Below are positions 13,293 to 25,917 of a stretch of DNA of 64,000 nucleotides, one piece after another; positions within the stretch are counted from its first letter, which is position 1, and every line of letters starts with the position of its first letter. This DNA comes from Podarcis tiliguerta. Lineage: Eukaryota. Where the stretch lies: NCBI GenBank assembly GCA_965153285.1, contig OZ229111.1; one strand, given 5' to 3'. The notes beneath the pieces are model-generated. The model did not search any database. It was given only the letters and a program-made list of their open reading frames with translations, and had not been told where the DNA came from. The position numbers and the translations under genes are program-made.

Positions 13293-13933
13293 TAGTGTAT
13301 TATTGGCTTGAAGGTTCTGCTGCACTTCTGCCTTCAACATTTTCCTTCCTTCTTTCATATAATTTAAACATCATCTCTGTTTCCTGCAACCTATTATTAT
13401 TTATCATTCAAGGAAGAGGAAATCTGCATTTGACTGGGAAACTTGTGGCGAATTCAGGCTGGATAATTGGGGGGGGGGGGAGGAAAAGAAGAGGAAGGAC
13501 TGTCATCCCCACTTTGCAATTATGTGTACAAAGGCATTGACTGGATCAAATCCCACAAGCAGTTGGATGGATGCTTCTTATCCTATGGCATCGTAGAAAA
13601 AGAAAGTACCTTAAGGTCTAATCACATCATCTTTAGAGCTGGCAAATGCATGGATATCAATGGGTCCTTTCCTACTCTTGTTTGGCATACTCACACTACT
13701 GTAACAGCACCTTCGCTGATCAATGTAAGTTTGGGGGGGGGGGAGGACAGCAGGGAGGATTCCAGGAAGCAGGGTTAAACTGCTCTGATAAGGACAGGTG
13801 TGGGGAATCTCAGGCCCCCCATGACTCTCTGTCTGGCCCTCAGGACTCTATCCAGGCCATGCCCATCACTGGCCCTGCTCTGCACTCTTCTGTACTGGTT
13901 TTACCTTGAATTGGTCATTGACCTCTGCTAATA

Positions 13934-14069
13934 CAGGCTTCCTCAAACTAGGCCCTCCTGATGTTCTTGGCCTACAGCTACCGTGAACCCTAGCTAGCAG
14001 GACCAGTGGACAGGGATGATGGGAATTGTAGTCTCAAAACAGCTGGAGGGCCGAGGTTGAGGAAGCATG
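13934..14069 (-). mobile_element. Palindromic ~135-bp hAT MITE nested in an older hAT (about 13795-14197)
   Basis: CAGGCTTCCTCAA / TTGAGGAAGCATG ends with a perfect TSD TGCTAATA (13926-13933, 14070-14077). Confidence 0.88.
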
Positions 14070-14654
14070 TGCTAATACCTCCTACTTACCTAGAGGGACT
14101 ATGGAGAGCCGTGTGTGTGTTTGGCCACACCCACTGCTGGAAGGCTGCCCACAAGGGAATGTGGGCCATGGACTGAAAAAGATTCCTCATTTGTGGTTTA
14201 GGATTAGACCCAGACCAGTGCAGCTGGTAACAAAAAGCAGTAGTGTGGAGTGTTCCTGTGCATGGCTGGATGCTTGTCTGGTGTCTTCCAGTCTTCTCCA
14301 TTCTATTATCCCTCCCTTTTGTTCCCCCTTCAGGTCCAGGTTAGGCTTCTTATTAGGAGCAGCTTAATCATGGCATCTTTCAAATAAGTCGATGGAAGGA
14401 ACAGTGCCAAGGAGGAATTTATATCCTGTCTCTTAGCCCTGCCCTCTACCTGTTTGCTGTAATAAGTCAAGATGGGCAAGGGACCAGCATACAGGTAGTC
14501 GGCCAAACTTGTCCAAATCAATTGAGCCTTAAAGCTGAAAATCACCCAGCAATACCAGGCTGGATGGTGCTCTGGGCTCCTTCCCTAATGAAACTGGTTT
14601 AAACGTGACGTCAAATTCGCTTAACCCTCACAACATTTTGCAAACACATCTCAG

Positions 14655-15056
14655 TGTCATTGGCCAGGCGTCAGCTTCACCTGCTGAGCAGCAGCCTGAA
14701 GGAGCAAAAGGTGAAGTGACTTCACCTGCTGTTGATCAGCCCTTTTGCTCCTGATGAGAACCAGCTGGCGTCGGCTTTCTTAAGCATGGTTTCCATCCTC
14801 AGTCAGTTGCTGGAAACAACATTCATCATTCCTGTTCAGACTTTGCTGTTTCTTGCTTCTTGTGACCTTGGACCTTTGGCTTTCTTGACCCCCGGATCGT
14901 CTGACTACGTGAATCGAGATATTCCTGACCTTAGGACCAGACTGAACCTTGTACATAGACTCTGCCTCTAGGCAAGTACCCTCCTGGAACTCAGCTGGTT
15001 GGCTGGCTTCTCCCTCCACTGAGCTCCTCCGTGGCTGGCAGCACAGGACTCTGACA
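14655..15056 (+). mobile_element. Solo LTR (probably Gypsy-type)
   Basis: TGTCA...TGACA termini, 402 bp, flanked by CTCAG / CACAG (5-bp TSD with one mismatch). Strand is inferred. Confidence 0.6.
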
Positions 15057-18000
15057 CACAGTCTGCCCCCAAGGGTTGGGCCACATCCCTTTCTGTGCCA
15101 GATTGTTCCAAGTCCCTGCTGCCCTCACAGAAAATCCCCTGCTGGATGACATTTAGAAGATGTAACATAGGGGGTAGGGGGAGAACTTCTTCACCTCCAC
15201 GACAGAATAGGCTTGATAATATGTAGTAAACTTTTCAGTCTGATTCAGCAAAAGCCTTCCTCCACCTGCGCTTAAGCCATCTTCCTTTTTGCTTCATGGC
15301 ATGGACCAGGAAGCGTGTTCAATTTAATAATAGCTCTCGTGGATATTTGGTGTCAAACTCATGTAACAAATGGTGGCAGAATCTTGTGGAACAGCTTCAG
15401 GGAAGGGTGATTTGCGGCAGACAAGAGTGTGTGCATGCGTGTGCATCTGTTCCTTTCCTCACCTGCACAATAATTCTTCCCCCTATTGCTTTCTCTACCT
15501 GCTTGGGGAATCATCCATTCGCTCCACTTCTCTGCCACAAATCACTCCCTCCAAAAACTGCCTTGGGTCAGAGACCGAGGAGCAGTTTTGCGTTTCCACT
15601 ACACAAGGAGACCAACCTGCAAGAAGGCACCAGCAGGTAGAATGGATCGTTTTTGAAGGCCCCCTTTGGGTCATCCCAATTATTAACATTGTAAGTGTTC
15701 CCAATTTTGTTATCATGTTATTTCATTTCTGCCAGTTACTTACACAGATTCCTTTTTTACTTTGTGTAGTTAGAATAGGGGTGATGGTGAGAGTACCCTT
15801 AATTTTAGCTGGGGTGAGCTTTCAGAGTGCATCTCATCGACTGCTCAGGTTTTCAGTTCCTGCCTGTGGGCCAGCTGTAAAGTTGGTGATAGCACCTTTT
15901 AGCTTGGAAATGCTTTCTTCTGTACTGTGGTTTCGCTGTCATATTGTTTCCATTGCTGACTGATGTATGGCACTTGTAGTTTGTCGTTTGGGGCTACATT
16001 TTGCTTTAATATGCTATTTTTCTGCTTTGGAGACTTCTGGGTCAAGTGGCATGTAGGGAAGACGATAATAAGGTTAGTAGGGATGGCAGTTTTGTGAATG
16101 TGTTCACATATACCCAACACTCCCAATTTTTCTAGGAAAGTTTTTGGCTCAGCTCTCATTTTGTTTTTAATACAACCTGCCAATGCAGCATGCTATGCCA
16201 TGGAATACAATTATTTGTTATAAGAGGTTTAACGAAAAGAGTAACTAATAGTGACAAGGCTACTCTCTGCTATGAGTGCCAGAGAGTTCAGTGGGACTTA
16301 TTTTCAGGAAGTGTGCTTAGGATTGCTGCCTGAGAGACTCTTTGGGCTTGAGGGTGAGGCCCTTCAAGACTGGTGTGCTCTCATACGCAGATGGCTATTT
16401 AAATTCTGCTTTGATGTTGATATTTATTAGCCTAGAATCTTTCTTTTTACTCCCAAGGAAATATTTACACATTTATGAGAATAGGAATTCCAGCTGCCAG
16501 CTTGAGGTCACAGCTTGGAAGATTCATCCCAAATATAGCAATGTGGGAGAAGACAGTGTAGGCAGCGAAGAGAAAGAGGTAGAGCCATCTTGGAGATGTA
16601 GTTCCTTTCGTCTGACATTGTTTGGATAGCATCCATCTGTGGGGGCCAACGACTTCCACAACTCTGCTGTGATGAGCTGCAAAGCCTTTAATAAAATAAA
16701 ATACTAGAGCAGAAACTGCGGGGAGATCCCAGATAAACAGCAGAATAAATGTGTCAGAGAAGAGCTGTGAGTGAGCATGTGAAATCTCCAGCAAACTATA
16801 TTTCCTACCTTGAGCTCCTTAGAGAAAGAGGTAAGATATAGATGCAATCAATCAATAGTAAAAATTAGATATCCTGAGAACTATTTTTAAAAACATTACC
16901 TATTTGCAACAGTCACCTATTCCCTAGAAGTAGAGTTCTTGTCCGGAGAATTTTGGAAAAAAGTGAACCACTAGAGGTTGCCAATATGGCCAGGATAAGC
17001 CTTCCAGGGACCCCCACCAGACCACCACTGTAGGGCAGAGCACCCATCAGAGGCCCTTTTTTGCCAAGGATCCTCTAAAGCTTTGCTTGGCATGCACATG
17101 TCACAGTATTGGACAACTCATTTTCCCGCCCTAGTCCCTTTGTGCTCCAACTTGCCAGCATTTGTATGCCATAGCAATGGTTTATAACTGTAGAGGCTCG
17201 GCAACATAAGGAGCTGACAGCTATTGTGGAAATGACACCTGGAGAAATCAGAAAATGCCAGAGCAACTGCAGGGAAGACATTGAAACATGAATGCTTTTT
17301 TCAGCAGCTCGAGAAATTATAAAATGTGATTACCACAGGATTGCCATCAAATTTAGGCTCAAAACAAGATGCATGCTGCAAAACTGCTGCATTGGCATAG
17401 TCACAATATGACCTCTTGTAAAGAACTCTGCAAGTGTCCTTATTGTGGTACCTTGGATTGTATTCCTGTGGCAAGGTGTGCAATCATCTGCTTCTACTTC
17501 CGAGCATGAATTTGGCACAGGGTATGCAACGGCATAGTAATGGAATAGAGGAGAGAGAGACCAAAAGAGCTTGATGAATGTGCTATGCCTTGTGCAAATG
17601 TTTCATGACAGTGAAAAACCTAATATTATACAGTCATTGCCATAGTGGATCAGTCCAGTGGTCCATCTTGCCAAAGCCTTTGGGATCATGCAATTGTGCA
17701 AACTTACAGAGAATTTAGCAGTTGTGGCAGAATGTCAAGTTCTGGGTCCCAGTGGCCTCTCAGCCTAAGGCTCTTCAGGCTCATATATTTCTGCAGCTGA
17801 GAGTTGTCCAGCAGCTTCTGCTTTACTCTGCTTTCAGTACCTAGTTCTTCTCTCACCGCTTTTCCTGGGCATCAGACTTCTCAAAAAAACAAAACACCTT
17901 CTACCACAAGACTTGCCTCATCATTGCCACCATGTCATTGATTAACTTCAGCATTCTGTTCTACAACTGCTGACAAAAATAGTCTTAAGCAAGGAAATGC

Positions 18001-18864
18001 ATGATTGTATACACAGTCGCATGCTAGGGATTTGTGTTCACAGATGCTCCATGTTGCAGGCCATGGTTTTGTATGCAAAATGCTGCAAGAGGAATTGCAG
18101 TCAGCTTTGCTACTTACTGTGCCACCTATAAATAATCATGGTTTAGAGTGCTGTGATATATAGCAAACTAAGTTAGCATATATAGTAGGAACAAAATGTA
18201 TATCAGACTCTATAATCCCTGCAACCATCAGGGTTCATGTTAGTGTGTGTGGATAGATAGATTCAGTTTTCCCAAGGCCTACTGGCCAAAGACAAGAGAA
18301 CAGGAGGTAAAGAATGTGCATTTTACACAACTGGATTGCATACATCCACGAGTGTGATCAGTAGGTGCAAGATCTGTGACACACACACACCCGCCGCCTT
18401 TAGACATTTTGTTGTGTAAGTCTGGTGACAAAAAGGCTCCTTGGTAATAGGAATATTTTTGACCCACAAATCCTTAGCAAGCATATTTTCATCTGGCCTT
18501 TTCCATCGTTGCTTCATCGTTGTCTATTGATAAGCTTCTTTTGTAAGGTGGTCCACTGTTGTCCACAGAGAAGCTCGTTATGTTCTATATGTACTTGTTG
18601 TCATCTTGAGCAATAGCCTTCGTTATGCCAGAGATCCATAGTGCGAAGAACACTTAGAATTTTTTTCTGTGGTTTAGAATCCCTAATAAGATTTCAAAAG
18701 AAAGCTGCAGAAAACTAATGGAGGAAGGCCAGCAGCTGGGCTGTGCCAAGAGCCACAGAGTTTTGCTGTGCTTGTTGTGCCTTCAGTCTGCATGGAGGCC
18801 AAAAAAGGGAAGGAGCTTGAGATAGAAAAAAGAAGGATCCAGGGAGCAGGAATGGCTCTAGAAA

Positions 18865-19045
18865 GGACCGCAGATCAGTAGGGCATCTGCTTTGTATGCT
18901 GAAGGTCACGAGTTCAGTTCCTGGCATCTGGTGATAGGTCTGGGAAAGACTTCCTGTCAGAAAACCCAGAGACTAGCTGCCAATCAGTGTAGACACTGCT
19001 GAGATGAACCATTGGTCTGATTTGGCACAAGGAAGCATCCTACTT
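18865..19045 (+). mobile_element. Old tRNA-derived SINE
   Basis: tRNA-like head (GCATCTGCTTTGTATGCTGAAGGTCACGAGTTCAGTTCCTGGCATCT) followed by GCTGCCAATCAGTGTAGACA. Related copies lie at about 10360-10535 (-) and 31310-31460 (+). Confidence 0.6.
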
Positions 19046-19816
19046 TTAAGAACACTAATGCCAAAGGGAGGATGAGAAAGCAGTATATCATCATCATTTT
19101 ATTTATATGCTGCCTTTCCATAATTAAAAGCATGCTCAAGGCGGCTCACAACATAAAATTTTTTACATAATTACAAACATGACAAAAGTAGTCATAAATA
19201 AATAACTCACCATAAAGTACACAGCCAAGGTGAAGTTTCCTCATAAAAATGGTTTCCTCATAGAAACAACAACCAAAAACCTATAAACAATACCCCAGCC
19301 CAAAATTCTGTTCAGCAGCTTCAGCTTTTAGCTGGAGTTGACCAATTGAAGTTAAGCTCCATGAAATATACCTCAAGCTGTCGACAGTTTCTACATCTGT
19401 AGAAACTTACTCTGGTTTCATTCCACCAAGGAATTGGATAGTAAAAAGTGAAGATATCAAGCTACGTATTTAATGGTGTGTTTGCCAGAGCTGTTGCAAA
19501 GGAAACATGGTTTCCTTGCCTCTTCTTCTTAGCATTGATGTCCTACATATATTGACTGCAGTGGCAAAGCACAATTGACCCTTGAGCTCTCACCGCCTTT
19601 CATTCAGTGCACTCTAAAGTAATTAGCTCGCTCAGAACAGCTCCAAGACACGAGTAAATTCCAGCCCAATTTCATGCATGTTTTACTTGGAAATACATGG
19701 TGCTGAAATAAAGGGCCCTTACCCCCAAGTAAGAGTTGCAGTCTTCTATAGCCAAACATATATCCTACAAGGCTATATGTGTTATATAAGGTCATGAAGA
19801 TTACATATTTGTATAA

Positions 19817-20167
19817 AAAGGTAAAGGTAAGGGACCCCTGACAGTTAAGTCTAGTCGCAGATGACTGAGGGGTTGCAGCGCTCATCTCACTTTACAGGCC
19901 GAGGGAACTGGCGTTTGTCCTCAGACAGGTCATGTGGCCAGCATGACTAAGCCACTTCTGGTGCAACAGAACACCGAAACCAGAGCAGTGCATGGAAATG
20001 CTATTTACCTTCCTGCTGGAGTGGTACCTATTTATCTACTTGCACTTTTTGGCTTGCTTTCGAATTGCTAGGTTGGCAGGAGCAGGGACCGAGCAACGGG
20101 AGCTCACCCCGTCGCGGGGATTTGAACCGCTGACCTTCTGATCGGCAAGCCCAAGAGGCTCAGTGGT
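19817..20167 (-). mobile_element. Sauria SINE (Squam1), near full length
   Basis: (ACCTTT)n tail, CATGTGGCCAGCATGACTAAG, GGTACCTATTTATCTACTTGCA and a tRNA-like B-box region. Highly similar to 41341-41682. Confidence 0.92.
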
Positions 20168-21187
20168 ATAGCCATTATGGTCAAGCAGTGCCTCTGGCCA
20201 CACTGCAGCAGGGGGGTGGGAAAGTGAATTCCTCAAATATGCCTGATGTGGACATTTTTCAATATGCTGCACTATTTTTCCTGTGACCAGAACCAGGTTT
20301 AAACAGAGCCTTCAGCAGCGTTTCCTTTCACTAAAGGGTTGGAGAGCTTGATGCTCGAATAGAATCTATATTGACTTCAGTGACTGTCTTAACCTCAGGA
20401 GTCCTGAAGTCATTGGAAATGCCCACTAGAGGGACACAGAGAAATTCCTTTCCGTCTAGACCTGAAACCTCCCTTTGTGCGATCTGCTGCTGCAGTTCGA
20501 TTTATCCTGTCAGATAAATTGTCAGCTTCTTGAAATCTGACCCAGCCCAACTTGGTCCCTGGCAACAGTTCTCAAATTTAGAAGTCGGAAGGGCTTTTGG
20601 AAAGAGGAAAATGGAGTGTGTGGGGGGGTGGCGGACAGCAAAGTGATTTGTTTCTATACCACATCTCCACAGACTCAGCGATAACATGGCTGAGGCTCTA
20701 CGGTTTGGATGGAATCGCACATTAAAATCATTTCCAGACAGCGTGCCTGGGACTAACTATGGCATGGCGAGCATACTACAGGATTCTAGTTTTATGATAC
20801 GGTTTAGTTTTGTTATGTACGTATGCTACTATAATACTAAATAAGACTTTTTAATTTTTTATTTAGCAAATCTGTAGCAAAAGCCATCAACCATAAAAAC
20901 AGAATAAAGCGCATGGACACAAATTCTGGAGGGGGGGGGGAAATCAGCAAACTCTAAAAATCAATGAAACCCTCTTTATAACTTCTAAAAACAATAAAGC
21001 AATTTCTTCAGGTATACAATGTTATAAAACATGTCAGATGTGCAACATACCATTGATGCAATAATAGTGCATTTCTGGTCGATTCACATTGTACTATGCA
21101 AACATCATTCCCCTTCATTAGTTCTTCTGCAATGCTTTCCCAATATTATTGCATTACTGCCACCTTGAGGGGCACATTTGCGCTATA

Positions 21188-21399
21188 CAGTGGTACCTCT
21201 GTTTAAGAACAGTCCTGTTTACGAACTCCGCAAAACCGGAAGTAATGTCTTGGTTTGAGAACTTTACCTCTGTCTAAGAACGGAATCTGAATGGTGGAAG
21301 GGCACCGGCAGCTGGAGGCCTCATTAAGGATAGCGCACCTCGGTTTAAGAACGGTTTCGGTTTAAGAACGGATGAAGTTCGTAAACCAAGGTATTACTG
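21188..21399. mobile_element. Tigger/pogo MITE
   Basis: TA|CAGTGGTACCTC ... AAGGTATTACTG|TA with GTTTAAGAAC internal repeats. Confidence 0.85.
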
Positions 21400-22104
21400 T
21401 AGTGCAACAAAAGTGGGACAGCTATTGCTCCCCTCCCAAAAAATGGTGCGAAAGTGGCAGGATTGGAGCAGGAAGCCATGGCACACACACTGACTGGAAA
21501 CGAAGCACATCTGCCACCCCAAATTTTGTAAGTGCAAACAGTGTAACACATATAATGGCCCCAATACCATCATGAGCACACATCAATCATGAATGCACAA
21601 TAAAAAGGCCATCTGGAAATGATTTATTCATGGAGAATAAATAGTCTGCTTTATCTGGTTTTATGGAATTCTTCTATTTTAATCTTAACTCTTAGTCAGA
21701 ATTGGTTTATAGAGCAGCCAGCTTTTTAATACCTACATTCAGGGCATATCATAATTAGGAAAGCATTTTAACACCACTTAACCTGATGCAGAGAAGTGGA
21801 GAGCTGTTGGACAGTTCAGTGGACTCTCTCGGAAGGTGGTGAACTCTCCTTCATTGTAGGGTGGATGGTCTTTTAAGGAGTTTGCTTTTAAGCAGAGGTT
21901 GGATGGTCATCTGCCAAAGGCTAGGCCAGGCCAGGCTGGACTCTGGGACCCAGAGACTCTTGGCAGCAGGCAGTGCGGAACGGGGATTCCTGCATGGAGG
22001 GGCTGGTTTGCGCCCTTAAAATTGTGTACCTGGGCTACGCCTCTCCCCCCCATACTCCTGAACTGTTTCAAAGTACTACTGTGGGACGATGGAAGTATGA
22101 TAAT

Positions 22105-22145
<41 letters not shown>

Positions 22146-22514
22146 TTTTTCTCTCTGTGCACATTGTATCCACCATACTCTTGGTGAGTGGTCTTATACC
22201 TGATGAAGACATAAATGTAATTTGCATCACCATAACATTCTGTATGCAATTTGCACATTTTCCCCTGCACAGAAGTGTTTCCTGGGTCCTCAGTTTGTTA
22301 CGTTTGAAGGGTCCCTGAGGGTCTTTCCACAAGTGAGGCTTAAATCAGTTCTTGCATTTCCTGTGTCTGCAGCAAATCAGTTGCTACCAGAGTACACATT
22401 CAGCTTTAAAATGGTTCCTTTCCACTTTGTCCCTCTTATTAATAGCATTCATAAATCATTCATTCCCGTCTATGGCATTCTTAGTGTCGCTTAGGAAATT
22501 GCCCTAAACTTTGC

Positions 22515-22534
22515 ATGGACTTGGTTCCTAGCAC
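22515..22534 (+). other. Candidate coding end of an alternative first exon (MDLVPST) ending at a U12 donor
   Basis: ATG GAC TTG GTT CCT AGC AC|ATATCCTTT. This is a perfect AT-AC-class donor, phase 2, in frame with exon 2. No expression evidence is available from sequence alone. Confidence 0.4.
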
Positions 22535-24217
22535 ATATCCTTTCAGCTTTTATCTACAGTACTGACGGCATGATTAGGGAGGAATAAAATGGACAGTTTC
22601 TCTTAAAATAGCAGAGACAAAATCAGGTTGCTCAGAAGTCCAAGAACAAGAGCTATTGTGCACAGCCAGCTTTCTCTCCTTCCCTGTAGCCCTGGGATCC
22701 GTGCTGTTGCTTGCACATACCTGTTGTTGTTCTTCATAATGTTTTTATCCTACTCTTCCTCCAAGAGCTGAAGGTGGCATTCATTCATTTTTTCCCATTT
22801 TAGACAGACAAGAACCATGTGATGTACGTAAGACAAAGAGGCAATGACAAGCTCCCAGTCCCCCGGGGAATTTCATGCCAAGCTGAGCAGAGCTTAATCC
22901 AGTTCCAAGTCTATCACTCCATCAACGAAATCAGGGATGGGCAGAATTCATACTTCTTGGTTCTACTTGATTTTTAAATTATACACAGGAGCGTATTGCC
23001 TAATGTGGTAGATCTGCAGTAGTAGCCTCCTAGCAGCATCACTGCCCTTACCAGGAGGGGCAAGGCAACAGTGAGATCAGGGCTGTGCAATTCACCTGTG
23101 AAGCCAGTCCAGTACTCTTGCAGCTCTGCTCTCACCATCCCCTTCTGCTCCTGACAAGTGTCAGTGCTTCTGGGAGGCTGTTGCTGTGGCATCTCCCATC
23201 TAGGCAACCTGCTTCAGCTAGAACCCCAAGATCTACCAACCAGGTGCAAAAGACACAGCATTAGAATAAAAGAACTGGCCAGTGGAGGCTGCTCCATTTG
23301 AGCAAATGCCCCACCAACTTCCACAACTTGGTTTTTAATTTTCATTCAGCAGATTTTGCCTTTAGCAGCAAAAATCTAGCCTTCTTCCCCCTCCACTGTT
23401 TTGGTCTGTTGCTAAATTACTGTAGGGATTTCTTTGAATGAGCTGTTTTGGGGTGTTTTCCCCCCAAATGCATGAATTTTATTAAACCTATTCATGTTTA
23501 TCATAGGAGCCAAAACCTGGTCCTGAAACTCTCTTTAATCTTAATAGAGGATTTTTAAATTTTGTCATCTCTTTGGTTGAGAACATATTGTTTCACAAAG
23601 ATAAGCACAGCCATTTGCTAAGGATGTGCTGTGTACAAATGAAGACAGTACATTGAATTTACATTGAGTTCATTTCTGGCCAAATACAGATGAGAGGGAG
23701 GGGAAACTGGCAAGTAAAAGCAGGCCAACATTGTGAGAACTTCTAGATGGGACTGTTGCAATACACCATATGTGGGGCTGCCCTTGCATACATGGCTGAA
23801 AGTTAACATGATCCTATTTTCTTGCATTTACTTGGGAGTAGGCACCTTCTTAATACAATCTAAGAAACTTTACACTGAGTAAACTTGATCAGGCTGCACA
23901 GCTGTAGCAATGGAAGATCTATCCATGTTGTTAACTGGGATGCGGGGATAAAATCCTTAAGGAGATTGAACTATTTTCATTAGGCTTGCTGCAACTCTGA
24001 GTGGCTGGGTCTACAGGTCTTTAAGTTTGTGGAATGCTCTCCCCAGGGAGGTTTGCCTGGTGCCTTCATTATATACCTTTTGACACCAGACAAAATTATT
24101 CCTCTTCAACCAGGCCTTCGGCTACCTAACATCCTATATCCTTTTAAATGTGTTGGGGTGTGTGTGTTATTGGTTTGTTTTGTTCTTGTTTTTATTATGT
24201 ATTATGTGCTTTTATTT

Positions 24218-24649
24218 CAGACCCGCCAAGTGTCCCTATTTTCCAGGGGCAGTCCCAGATTTACAGAAGCCATCCTGGTTTCTAATTTGATCCTGGAATA
24301 TCCCACTTTTCCTTAGTACACCCCTATTTTCATCACAGAAATGTTTGAGGGTATGGTAGGATGTCCCTATTTACATAGGATAAATGTTGGAGCATATGGT
24401 TATGCGACCCCCAAGGAGATAAGTAACTATACAAACTTTAGAAGACATCTGAAGGCAGCCCTGTATAGGGAAGTTTTTTTAATGTTTAATGTTTTATTAT
24501 TATTTATGTGTTGGAAGCTGCCCAGAGTGGCTGGGGCAACCCAGTCAGATGGGTGGGGTATTAAAAGTAGTAGTAGCAGTAGTAATAAATAATAATAGTA
24601 AATAGAATAGGACGTCTCTCTTTTCACTGGAGAAATATTAAAGGGTATG
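24218..24649 (+). mobile_element. Composite hAT-like MITE with three right-end modules and an internal L2 3' end
   Basis: Left end CAGACCCGCCAA. Right-end modules ...AAATGTTTGAGGGTATG (to 24355), ...AAATGTTGGAGCATATG (to 24398) and ...AAATATTAAAGGGTATG (to 24649). An L2 C-terminus (NFRRHLKAALYREVF) and 3'UTR lie at about 24420-24600. Confidence 0.65.
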
Positions 24650-24717
24650 TTATCTTGTATTTTTATTCTGTTTGCATAAATCCATGGGATCTATGGATGA
24701 TGGGCAATATACAAATT

Positions 24718-24741
24718 TAATAAATAATAATAATAATAATG

Positions 24742-24783
<42 letters not shown>
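24718..24783. repeat. (TAA)n microsatellite
   Basis: Read directly. Another lies at about 46372-46412. Confidence 0.95.
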
Positions 24784-25368
24784 GAGGGTCACACAAAGTA
24801 TATGGGAGAAGAGAGGAGAGAAAATAAGTTTCCTTCATGCACCAAAAAGAAAGAGACAAGTGTGTACACGAAACACAGCAGAGCCAGGGTCTTGGGGAGG
24901 AAAGGAGAAAAGTAAGTTACCAGGCGTGGGTGGGTGAGAGAAGAGAAGATCCTACTGGACTTTCTCAACTGAACTCTAAAGCATCCCCTTCATTGCCTGA
25001 GCAGAGAAATGACAGCTGCCATTCACCGTCCTGGAGAAAAACGAAGAGGCCCTCATCCTGACTGCAGCCAGTCAGGCAGCTGCATTATTACCCCACTGCA
25101 TACACCTTGCCTTTTGAATTTCTTGGTTCTGCCAGCACAGCAGCAGCAGCTGTTTGCCCATCCAGTGCATTTGGTTGTGGTCCTGGAGCGGGGAGGTTGC
25201 TAGTGGGCTTCTCAGACCCTCTGGGCTATGGGCCAGTGCCCCACTCAGGGCCCACCTAGGGGATGGGTCTGACCTTGGCAATTTCACCACCACATTTGTA
25301 GGGAATGGCAGCCTAGGAGAGGGGCTCTCTCTGCAGCATCCACTGAACTGTGAAATTCCCTCCCCACA

Positions 25369-25917
25369 TGTAAAGACTGGTGCTCCCCCTTTGCAGTAAC
25401 ACCTAGTGTGGTATTTACAGTCCTTATTACATGTTTGCAAGAAACAGCTTCAGTTCAGAATTACACATCCAAACCCGTTGAGTCAGATTCAGGGAGTGGC
25501 TTCCTACGATTCCTGAGTGACGTCTTTGATTCTTACGTTTCATTTCCCTCCTTGTCTGTGCTGAGTTGAAAGCCCCCTCCCTACCTGAGTCTGAGCTTCC
25601 TTCCCGAGCCTCTACCAGCGGTTTTCAACCTGTGGGTCCCCAGATGTTGTTGGACTACAGCTTCCATCATCCCTGAGCTCTGGCCTTGCTAGCTAGGGGT
25701 GATGGGAGTTGTAGTTCAACAACATCTGGGGACCCACAGGTTGAGAAAGGCTGCACGGTTGCAGGGCTCTTCAGCATCCCTGAGCCCCTGCCCTCCCTGG
25801 CTACTCTCCGCCATCTCCTCCGCTTCCTCTGTCTCTGGGTGGTTGTGGCGCACTTCCGCATCCCTGAGCCCCTGTTCCGCCTCTTCTGTCCATTGCACCT
25901 CCGAATCTTCCCTGACA
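25369..25917 (-). mobile_element. Solo LTR interrupted by a hAT MITE
   Basis: TGTAA...TGACA termini with CACA on both sides (25365-25368, 25918-25921). Purine-rich minus-strand 5' part with an internal CATCCCTGAGCCCCTG repeat. Confidence 0.55.
25616..25753 (+). mobile_element. Palindromic hAT MITE
   Basis: CAGCGGTTTTCAACCTGTGGGTCCCCAGATGTTG / CAACATCTGGGGACCCACAGGTTGAGAAAGGCTG; no TSD visible. Confidence 0.88.

Noticed and set aside
15370-15963. 197-aa ORF, and the other short ORFs in the track
   Set aside because: No recognisable domains or splice structure; many overlap repeats or microsatellites.
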